From a virus (taxonomy: Duplodnaviria > Caudoviricetes), in the IMG/VR virus record IMGVR_UViG_3300034093_001431, positions 1-63,168 of that record: a DNA stretch of 63,168 nt; one strand, written 5' to 3'. Position 1 is the first letter of the stretch. Every line of letters begins with the position of its first letter. The notes under the pieces are model-generated. The model did no database searches and was not told the DNA's origin. It saw only the letters and a program-made list of their open reading frames with translations. Both the position numbers and the translations under genes were made by a program. This document shows, piece by piece, positions 38,279-46,543 of the stretch.

Positions 38279-41200
38279 ATGGATAAAGTAGAGCAGTTAT
38301 ATAACTTATACTTAGAAAAAAAACTAATTACTAACGCTACTTCTTTGGAGAAGTTTCGTAGTGCGGGTGCAGATCAGCAGGACGCCTTGTTTAATCTAGG
38401 TAAAAAGAATAATCTATTTAAAGAAACTACTTTTGATACGTTTAAAAGTGCGTGGACTCCTAGTGATGTAAAAAAAAAAGACGAGCCGGAACAAGAATCT
38501 ACGCCGCAACAAGAAGCGCCATCCAAGCCTTCTGCAAAGCCTTCTCCGCCGAGTGGAAAAGAGGCTAAGATAAAAGAGCTCACGGTCAAGGCGGCTGAGT
38601 TGGCGGCTAGCGGTGATCAGCAGGGTCTTGCTAAGATAAGACAGGAGATAGTTGCTCTAAAAAAAGAAGCGGCACCAACCCCTGTTTATGAAAAGTCTGG
38701 GGTGGAAAAACCTAAGACAGACTGGCGTGCCGAGGGTCTTAAGATGATGGGTCGAGAGATCGAAGGTCTTGAGCAAAAGTCCGATGTTACAAGTGTTGAT
38801 GTAAACAAGCCTATTGAGATTAAAAAACAAGAGGCTCAGGCATACAATACTGAACAGAAAAAGAAGACAGAAGAGGAGAAGAAGGTGCGCGAAGAAATGT
38901 CTGCTGCTATTAACGAGACGTACAAGAGGCAGGCTGAGTACCTAGGAATAAAACAAGAGGAAGGGAAGGAGAAACTTTCGACGTATGAGATGAGGCAGAT
39001 GTATGAGCAGTCGATAGACCAAGCTCAGAAATACCTCGACGTTGTCCCAGAGTCTAGAGCATCCTTACCTATCAACGACGTCTTGGCTACAAGAAAAAAG
39101 ATCAACATGATGCCTAGCGACACTGACGAAGAAGTCCGTGCGCAGCTTCGTGCGTTGGCAGAGAATGACAAAGACTTGGAGAGGGCTTATCAGGAGATGG
39201 AGAACAGAGCTCTAGAGTACTGGAAGGTTTATGATCCGGGCAAGTACGAGACTTACACTGACCGCATGGCTACTATCAAGGATAAGGTTGGTGATATCCC
39301 TATGTATGACTTTAACTGGGAGGAGGACAGCTCTAAGCCTAGGCTCTCTTCTGAAGACAAGAAATTCCTAGAGCAGTTTAGAATAGAATCGTTACAGCTA
39401 CAACAGAGCGCAGATAACTACAGAGCAAAGAAGCTGACCGAGAATTACGACTTCAAGTCTTACAGCAAGGACGCCTCGTCTATTCAAGAAAGTCTCAGCA
39501 GTGTAATGAAGCAGATCAAGGAGACTGAATCTCAGTACAAGCTAGAGGAAAACAAGATCATGTCTCAGCATGACAAGTACAATGCTCAGGTGAGAGTTCT
39601 TAACGACAAGGTGTCGATCATGGAAAAGACTCTGGGTTCTTACCTAGATGCTAACGGGAATATAAAAGATGAGGGTAAGCTAGATGAATACAACGAGACT
39701 TACCGTAAGTACCAAGACCTTATAAACGAGGCGAACAGCCTACAAGAAAACAGGCCGTCCATATACAACGATCAGGGTTATATTGTAGCCCCTGCCACAT
39801 CACCAAAGGTGAAGCAGCTGTATGATCAGTACAACACGTTGATGGAACAGTACAACAAGGCGGGTGAGAAGTACGGTATAACGCCTGAGGTTACAGGTGA
39901 ACTGAACAGCGCTGTGTCTAACTTAGAAAACTCAAAGGCTTCACTAGCATACGCAGAAAAATATCAAGAGTTAAGTAACGATCGCGCGGTCGCTAAGTAC
40001 TTTCAGGAAGAGAAGCTGAGGGTGATGAAGGAAGGCAACGCATTCGAGAAAGGCTGGTTGGTAGCTAGAGATATAGCAACAGGTGTTGGCAATACGGTGC
40101 TTCCTATACTTGAAGCGCCAAAGGCTATTAGTGATATGGCTGGTTTCGAACAAGAGTACGGGTGGGCAGATGGCTTGGCGGACTGGACTCAAGGGTTTCT
40201 ATCTAAAGTGAACGAGAAGACTTCTTACGGGGATCTAGAGGTGCCTAGCTGGATGACTACCGTGCAAGACTTGAGTCAGGGCGTAGGGTCCTCACTTGGT
40301 TTTGCTATAGGTGGTGGCGTGGCAGGTGTGGCAGGAAGAGCTGTAGGTGTAACTGCCAAGTCCATAGACGCATTCCAGAAGAGTGCTGTGTTCACTCAGG
40401 TTTTCTTGGGTGGTCTTAACGACAACTATCAAGCGGCAAAGCTGGCAGGATTGTCCGACGCAGAGGCAGCCGCTGCTGCTACATTACAGTCTGGTGGTCA
40501 GGCGATAGGTGAGTTGGCGGTACCTGACTATAAAATATTTAAGGCGGCTAACCGCCCGAACTTATTCAGTGCTGTTAAAAGCCTAGGGCTTACACAGGGT
40601 GTTAAGAATTGGGCGCCGACCTACACGAAGAACCTTGCAGAGAATTTTATTAAGGAGGGGATAGAGGAAGGCACCTCTGAAATCATAACCAAGGGTAGCG
40701 CCAAGGCTATCAACACGTTAACTGACATGAAGGTGTACGAGGACGACATCAAGTCATCCGATCTAAGAGACGTCTTCACCAGTGGCGGTGCTGTGGGTAT
40801 GATCATGGAAGGGTTCAGACTTGGTCATAAGTACAAGCACCCTGTCACTAACAGCGCCACGAGATGGTACGCGGAGATGAGTGAGGCTGACAGGGAGGAG
40901 ATGAAGATGGGTATGAGCATTGAAGATGTTAACGCACTCAACAAGGCCGAGAAGGATAGTGACGCGTTCAAGATTGCTGAGGACATGAAGATGATCCCCC
41001 AGTACGCGATGATGAACGAGGTCGAGAAAGACGAACTGTTCGCTTTATTGTTAGAGAAGAAGACTGTGGCTGAGAGGTACCGAGGTATTGGACTTGGTGG
41101 CACAGAGATGGAGAAGCAGGAGATAGAGTCGTTGGATGCAGCGATCAAGGAAAAGTTCATGGCCGTTGACCAGAGGAGAGAGACCGAGTTACAGTCTGAG

Positions 41201-43366
41201 ATGGCTCGCCAGCGTGAGGATATCCAAGAGTTCGGTGTGTCCTTAAGAGTTCCTGAGGTAAAGACCGCAGAGGAGGTCATGTCTAAGGGTGAGTTCTTGG
41301 ACGACAACGTGGCGGCTAACGCTGACAAGGGTCTGTCGAAGATGATAGACGAGGTTATAGAAAGAGAGGACCTGACTGATGATGAGAAAGTTCAGCTTGC
41401 TCAGGTACTCGAAGATAGAAGACAAAAAATAAATAGCTATGAATATAGATCAAAGAATGAGGTTGTCACTTCTACCCAAACCCGCCCAAGTGGAGTTGTT
41501 GAAAAGGCTAGAGCAGCGAATGAGCGAGCAGCAAAACCAATCGCCGCAGCCGCAGCAAAAGAAAACCCAGTCCCTGTAGCCCTAGACGGGGTGAAGGGGA
41601 AGGTTAAGGTGAGTGACTCTACTATGGTTGACAACATGGGCGACACGATCCCGGAGGGGTACTACGTGTTCGTGCCTGATTCAACCGAAGGAAAGGGCGC
41701 CCGCATGGGGGCTGTTGTTATCGGGTCAATAGAGGACATCGACTCCGCCTCAACATTCGAGGGTGTGGAGAACAACCCGGCATGGAGCCCAGAGAATAAC
41801 ATGGTGGCGAACTTCACCACCCCTGATGGTCAGACGTTGAGTATCCTTGACGACGACCTCAGCGCGGATGTTGGTGTTAAGCAGAAGGAGGATGTTATCG
41901 GTGCAGCACCACAGGCACTTTTCGATGTAGTGTTCGAGGAGGTGACCACGGAGTTAGGCATTAAAGAGAAACCATATTTAAAGGATGATACGAAAGACAA
42001 AGAAGGGCTACCAAGTAGTCAGCGAACAGGGCAAGCCCCTGTCCAAGCCGGACCTGTCCAAGGAACAGGCACAGAAGAGGTTGCGCCAAGTGGAGTGGTT
42101 CAAGAACAAGAAGTAGACTTTGACGGTGCACCAGAGCTAACGCCTGAGGAGGCAGAGCTGATGTCAGCAGGCTACGACAACGCGATGTCTCAGGTCTTAG
42201 AGTTGGACGACACGCTAAGCCCGGAGGATACAGACCTTGCTGCATCATTTGTTCAGCAGGGAGCTACCCCTCAAGAGGCGGTGCAGATGGTACGTGACGA
42301 GAAGGACTCTATCTCTGCAGCGTCAGAGCCTGTCGTGCAAGAGGATCAGGAGTTCCTAACTCCCTTGCCTGATACGGACCCTGTCGGGAGAGCATTCTCC
42401 TTGTCCCTACCATTCGAGTACACAAGGTCTAGGGCTATGGAATTAAAGGAGAGGGCAGCAAACGATCCTACCCTAAAGCGTGCACTGAGAAACCTAGACA
42501 AGGCAGCCGAGTCGTTTGCTAAAACCTTCGGGTCTAAGCTACCAGTGTACGTGTTCGACACTCAGCAAGAGATGCTGGACGCCCTCGCCGAGGTCGGTGA
42601 GGTGAGTGACATGACCAACGGATCAATCCTTATGGATGATGACGGGACAATCTTGGGCGTGTTCATGAACGCTGAGTCTCAAGACTTCACGGTCGGGTCG
42701 CACGAGTTTGTTCACGGGATAATGGCGGAGTTCTTCAACGACAACCCTGAGATGTTTAACAAGTGGAAGGATTCAATCCTGAAGAACTTCAAAGGGTCAG
42801 GCATCGACAGGTTAAACGAGTGGGCTGAAAGCGAATACGACAGGGATAGTTCAGCCGAGGAGTTTATCACACAGCTCACTGCCGAACTAGCCGATGCAAA
42901 CAAGCAGCTGGCGTTGCCTAAATCTTTTCTTAATTCTATCAAGGACTTATTCAACAGTATATGGGAAGGCGTCACAGGAAGCCCGCTCTTCTCTGAGAGG
43001 GCTACGGAGAAGGACGTGATCACGTTTATCAACGACATGGCTAAGGGCCTGTCTACCGGGCAGGCTATGTCCACTAAAGCAGCAGAGAAACTGGCGGGTA
43101 GAGAGAAGAAGGCGGCTGCTAAAAAGAAGGCCAAGAATAGTAAGTCTGTCGTGCAGGCTCGTGCGTCTGTAAACATTGGCCAGATAAACCAGATCAATGC
43201 AGCTGACGGCCTGTCCAAGAACCCAGAGAACAAGGAGCTGGCTGACCAGATAAAGCAGGAAATTTTTGACAGCAACCCTACCCTTGAGTTCATCATGAAC
43301 AACTTCAATAAAATAGAGAAGGCTCTTGTGAACGAAGGGAAATTAAAAGTAAATTGCGAACTTTAA
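38279..43366 (+). CDS. Large polyvalent cargo protein with zincin metallopeptidase domain
   Basis: Gly-rich TM-like segment; HEFVH...EEF; C-terminal NP..NCEL motif. Confidence 0.75.
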   Translation: MDKVEQLYNLYLEKKLITNATSLEKFRSAGADQQDALFNLGKKNNLFKETTFDTFKSAWTPSDVKKKDEPEQESTPQQEAPSKPSAKPSPPSGKEAKIKELTVKAAELAASGDQQGLAKIRQEIVALKKEAAPTPVYEKSGVEKPKTDWRAEGLKMMGREIEGLEQKSDVTSVDVNKPIEIKKQEAQAYNTEQKKKTEEEKKVREEMSAAINETYKRQAEYLGIKQEEGKEKLSTYEMRQMYEQSIDQAQKYLDVVPESRASLPINDVLATRKKINMMPSDTDEEVRAQLRALAENDKDLERAYQEMENRALEYWKVYDPGKYETYTDRMATIKDKVGDIPMYDFNWEEDSSKPRLSSEDKKFLEQFRIESLQLQQSADNYRAKKLTENYDFKSYSKDASSIQESLSSVMKQIKETESQYKLEENKIMSQHDKYNAQVRVLNDKVSIMEKTLGSYLDANGNIKDEGKLDEYNETYRKYQDLINEANSLQENRPSIYNDQGYIVAPATSPKVKQLYDQYNTLMEQYNKAGEKYGITPEVTGELNSAVSNLENSKASLAYAEKYQELSNDRAVAKYFQEEKLRVMKEGNAFEKGWLVARDIATGVGNTVLPILEAPKAISDMAGFEQEYGWADGLADWTQGFLSKVNEKTSYGDLEVPSWMTTVQDLSQGVGSSLGFAIGGGVAGVAGRAVGVTAKSIDAFQKSAVFTQVFLGGLNDNYQAAKLAGLSDAEAAAAATLQSGGQAIGELAVPDYKIFKAANRPNLFSAVKSLGLTQGVKNWAPTYTKNLAENFIKEGIEEGTSEIITKGSAKAINTLTDMKVYEDDIKSSDLRDVFTSGGAVGMIMEGFRLGHKYKHPVTNSATRWYAEMSEADREEMKMGMSIEDVNALNKAEKDSDAFKIAEDMKMIPQYAMMNEVEKDELFALLLEKKTVAERYRGIGLGGTEMEKQEIESLDAAIKEKFMAVDQRRETELQSEMARQREDIQEFGVSLRVPEVKTAEEVMSKGEFLDDNVAANADKGLSKMIDEVIEREDLTDDEKVQLAQVLEDRRQKINSYEYRSKNEVVTSTQTRPSGVVEKARAANERAAKPIAAAAAKENPVPVALDGVKGKVKVSDSTMVDNMGDTIPEGYYVFVPDSTEGKGARMGAVVIGSIEDIDSASTFEGVENNPAWSPENNMVANFTTPDGQTLSILDDDLSADVGVKQKEDVIGAAPQALFDVVFEEVTTELGIKEKPYLKDDTKDKEGLPSSQRTGQAPVQAGPVQGTGTEEVAPSGVVQEQEVDFDGAPELTPEEAELMSAGYDNAMSQVLELDDTLSPEDTDLAASFVQQGATPQEAVQMVRDEKDSISAASEPVVQEDQEFLTPLPDTDPVGRAFSLSLPFEYTRSRAMELKERAANDPTLKRALRNLDKAAESFAKTFGSKLPVYVFDTQQEMLDALAEVGEVSDMTNGSILMDDDGTILGVFMNAESQDFTVGSHEFVHGIMAEFFNDNPEMFNKWKDSILKNFKGSGIDRLNEWAESEYDRDSSAEEFITQLTAELADANKQLALPKSFLNSIKDLFNSIWEGVTGSPLFSERATEKDVITFINDMAKGLSTGQAMSTKAAEKLAGREKKAAAKKKAKNSKSVVQARASVNIGQINQINAADGLSKNPENKELADQIKQEIFDSNPTLEFIMNNFNKIEKALVNEGKLKVNCEL
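41439..41579 (+). CDS. Candidate overprinted +1-frame gene (46 aa)
   Basis: AAAAAATAAATAGCT-ATG; MNIDQRMRLSLLPKPAQVELLKRLEQ... Confidence 0.35.
   Translation: MNIDQRMRLSLLPKPAQVELLKRLEQRMSEQQNQSPQPQQKKTQSL
41985..42116 (+). CDS. Overprinted +1-frame small basic protein (43 aa)
   Basis: MIRKTKKGYQVVSEQGKPLSKPDLSKEQAQKRLRQVEWFKNKK*, resembles a stand-alone small phage protein family. Confidence 0.65.
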   Translation: MIRKTKKGYQVVSEQGKPLSKPDLSKEQAQKRLRQVEWFKNKK

Positions 43367-43375
43367 ACACAGCAC

Positions 43376-46024
43376 ATGGCGAAGAGATGTAAGTACATAT
43401 ACAAGGGCAAGACCTACACAAAGGAAGAGTTCATGGCGATGCTAGCGGGAGGGGAGTATGAGAACCTCCTCGCTGAGTATGAACAAGACGTTCAAGACTT
43501 GAACGCACCTAGTAAAGGCATGAATATTAAGTCATCGATTATTCAAAACAATCCTGTATATTTTAATAATTTAAAAGAATTTGCAAGCAACTCTTCGTTT
43601 GCAAACAAAATTGAATTTAAAAAAGCTATTCAAGGATTGCTTAACTCATATCTACCTGAATTAAAAAAACAATACGGCAAGTCATTTGACCCGTCAAAAA
43701 ATGATGAACTAACCAAAAAATATTTGTCTGATGCTATAACAAACGAAGCTGTAAAAGCAATCGAAGAACACCCCGAAGCAATCGGATGGTATGATGAGAA
43801 GACACGAGCAGCATTAGACGTTATATCAGCAATACATCCTGAGATAGCAACTGATAAAGAATCAAGAGGTTCTTTTATTCTGCCGCTTGCTGTGATGTCA
43901 AATGGAAACTTAGTTGATTTCAACTTTGATTTAGCTGAAAAGCAATACAATTATTTTAAAAACAACGGAAGGTTTAATCCTGAAGGGGGGTTTGGATTAC
44001 AACAATCGGGAATTAAAAAGTCATTACTATTAATAAACTCTTTATTGGATAACGGGCTGTCAATGGCTGATATCAATACGTTTTTAACCTCAAAATATAG
44101 AGCCGGAGATTTAAAAGTAAAGGTAGACGGAAAAATTAAAAGTCTTGCCTCAGGTGAATTAGCTGATGAAATGGTGTACGGAGCTACTATACTTGGCCCT
44201 AAAATTGGAAATGGATTCTATATGAATCTATGGGGCCAGTTTGACCAACTTACAATGGACAGATGGTTTATGCGTACGTGGGGAAGACTTACAGGGACTC
44301 TTTTAAAAACTGACGCCAAAGCAATTGCTGATGGAAAGAAAAGAGTGTCTGACGCATTAGCTGCTATCAAGTCAAACCCTGCTGCCAGTGAAATATTGAA
44401 GTCAATATTTAAAAAGGTTAGTGGTATGTCTCCTGTTGAACTTGCTAAAGCTGTAGAAAAGGCAAGTGTAGACAAAGATAGCAGAACAAAACTTGCATCC
44501 AATCCCAAGACAGATGAGTTAAGAAAGGCGGGAAATCAATTGTCAAAAAACATATCGGGAGAAAAAGAAGCTCCTGCAAATGGCAATGAAAGAAAGTTCA
44601 TTCGAGAAGTATTTAATAACGTACAAAATAGATTAAAGACTGAGCACGATATTGAAATTTCAATGGCTGATTTACAAGCTGTGCTTTGGTATCCTGAAAA
44701 AATATTATACGAATCATTTAAAGGCGGTCAAACATTCGAAGAAGCATCTGAAGGATACACTTCAGAATCTGCTCCTGATTATTTTAATGCGGCAAAAAAA
44801 CTTGCAACTAAACTTGGAAAAAATGAAACAGAAATTAATGAAGCCTTATCAAGAGGAAGAGAACGTGCTCAACGAAGTATCGGAACAGGAAATACCACAG
44901 CTAGGGGATCAGCTAGCGCAGCTGATAAAGAAGCTCTAGGAAGGGTAACTGAGGTAATATCAGGAAAATTTAAACAATCTAAGGGTATAGGAAAATTTGA
45001 TCCGCTTCCGGGCGCCCCAAAAACTGAAGGCATCACGGGCCCGGATCCCAACTTGGTTAGCGTAGCGGAAAACTATGCTAAGAAGTTTGGAATACCTTTT
45101 ACTCGACAGGCGGAGTATGTTAAGGTTGATGAGGATAGGGCTAAGAGAATAGCTGACGCTTACGAGAACATGAAGCACGACCCCAAAAACCCAAAGGTCT
45201 TGGAAGCGTTCAATGACTTAATCCGTCAGACAAAGGATCAGTACGATGCTCTAACCGAGGCCGGGTATGAGTTCTCTTTCTTTGACGGCGACACAGATCC
45301 TTACAATAAGAACCCTTCCAAGGCCATGAGAGATCTTCGAAACAATAAGAAGATGGCGGTGTACGGAACATACGCAGGGTACGGAACAGAAGGTATAACC
45401 GGTGCTAGCATTGAAGGCAACCCTATGCTTCAGGACACCGGCCTTAAATGGAAAGATCAGAATGGTGTGGACCAGACGGTGACAATGAACGACTTGTTCC
45501 GCGCTGTTCATGACGCGTTTGGCCACGGGTTAGAGGGCGCAGGGTTCAGGGCTAGAGGTGAAGAGAACGCGTGGCAGGCACACGTTAGGTTATTCACAGG
45601 TCCTGCTGTCGCTGCTATAACCACCGAGACTAGAGGTCAGAACAGCTGGTTAAATTACGGACCCTTTGGTGAACAGAACAGGAAGGCAACGGTGGACGAT
45701 ACCGTGTTTGCTGAGCAGAAGACAGGGCTTATGCCGGAGTGGACATGGAACGAGGGTAAGGCTGAGGCTATGCCTGAGCAGGTAGATGATCAGGACACTC
45801 AAGCTGTTGCAGACTCAAGCGCTCTGTTTGAAAAGTCTCAGGAGTTATTCGAGAAGATATCCGATGCAGCAGGCGGGTCTAAGAAGAGATCACTCGCTGA
45901 GGAGAGGAGAAAATTCATGGACGAGAACCCTGATATCAAGTTCATGGACGAGAATATGGCGTATATTTACAGACAAATTGAGGACAATAACCTTGGAAAG
46001 AAAGAAGGCAACTGTCCGCTATAA
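43376..46024 (+). CDS. Polyvalent cargo protein: HhH-glycosylase-like domain plus HDxxGH domain
   Basis: GWY, GPKIG..F..NL.G, LTMDRWF, LQAVLW; FRAVHDAFGH..GEE. Confidence 0.65.
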   Translation: MAKRCKYIYKGKTYTKEEFMAMLAGGEYENLLAEYEQDVQDLNAPSKGMNIKSSIIQNNPVYFNNLKEFASNSSFANKIEFKKAIQGLLNSYLPELKKQYGKSFDPSKNDELTKKYLSDAITNEAVKAIEEHPEAIGWYDEKTRAALDVISAIHPEIATDKESRGSFILPLAVMSNGNLVDFNFDLAEKQYNYFKNNGRFNPEGGFGLQQSGIKKSLLLINSLLDNGLSMADINTFLTSKYRAGDLKVKVDGKIKSLASGELADEMVYGATILGPKIGNGFYMNLWGQFDQLTMDRWFMRTWGRLTGTLLKTDAKAIADGKKRVSDALAAIKSNPAASEILKSIFKKVSGMSPVELAKAVEKASVDKDSRTKLASNPKTDELRKAGNQLSKNISGEKEAPANGNERKFIREVFNNVQNRLKTEHDIEISMADLQAVLWYPEKILYESFKGGQTFEEASEGYTSESAPDYFNAAKKLATKLGKNETEINEALSRGRERAQRSIGTGNTTARGSASAADKEALGRVTEVISGKFKQSKGIGKFDPLPGAPKTEGITGPDPNLVSVAENYAKKFGIPFTRQAEYVKVDEDRAKRIADAYENMKHDPKNPKVLEAFNDLIRQTKDQYDALTEAGYEFSFFDGDTDPYNKNPSKAMRDLRNNKKMAVYGTYAGYGTEGITGASIEGNPMLQDTGLKWKDQNGVDQTVTMNDLFRAVHDAFGHGLEGAGFRARGEENAWQAHVRLFTGPAVAAITTETRGQNSWLNYGPFGEQNRKATVDDTVFAEQKTGLMPEWTWNEGKAEAMPEQVDDQDTQAVADSSALFEKSQELFEKISDAAGGSKKRSLAEERRKFMDENPDIKFMDENMAYIYRQIEDNNLGKKEGNCPL
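44823..44939 (+). CDS. Candidate overprinted +1-frame gene (38 aa)
   Basis: GGAAAAA-ATG in interdomain linker; MKQKLMKPYQEEENVLNE... Confidence 0.3.
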   Translation: MKQKLMKPYQEEENVLNEVSEQEIPQLGDQLAQLIKKL

Positions 46025-46033
46025 GACGATAAC

Positions 46034-46537
46034 ATGATAACAGTAGTACCTACAAAATTAAGTGTCGAGGTTTCATCCTTATTAGAAGCTAGAATCCATG
46101 ACGAGTACAACGCCTTCTTCTTCTATCGATCAGCATCTAACTGGTGCCAAGACGTAGGGTACGAGAAGGCTGCAAAGTTCTTTGCCAAGGAGGCAGAGTC
46201 GGAACTTGGTCACGCTAAAAAGATTGAGTCTTACATGGTGGACTGGAACACGCTGCCTTCACTAGCAGCGACGACCACCCCTCCATTCTTCTCTGGACTT
46301 GACGACATTATATCGCAAGCCTATAAAATGGAGTACGCACTGTACGAAGAGTATGAAGATACAAGCGCAAAGATATTTGAGATGAAGGACCTCTGCGTGT
46401 TTGACTTCTTACAAGAGTACCGCGTAGGCCAGAAGGACGCCGTGACCGAGTACGCTGACATGATCAATAAGCTGTCCGGTGTTAACACTATGGATAAGTT
46501 TCAGATGCTAATGCTAGAAAAGAATCTATTCGCATAA
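46034..46537 (+). CDS. Non-heme ferritin
   Basis: E..A...Y, FF.KEAESELGHA ferroxidase-type residues, E, Q..A..E. Confidence 0.85.
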   Translation: MITVVPTKLSVEVSSLLEARIHDEYNAFFFYRSASNWCQDVGYEKAAKFFAKEAESELGHAKKIESYMVDWNTLPSLAATTTPPFFSGLDDIISQAYKMEYALYEEYEDTSAKIFEMKDLCVFDFLQEYRVGQKDAVTEYADMINKLSGVNTMDKFQMLMLEKNLFA

Positions 46538-46543
46538 CAGCCC

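Noticed and set aside
42113-42130. VDFDGA as an RNA polymerase catalytic motif
   Set aside because: Lacks the third Asp and sits in a low-complexity linker
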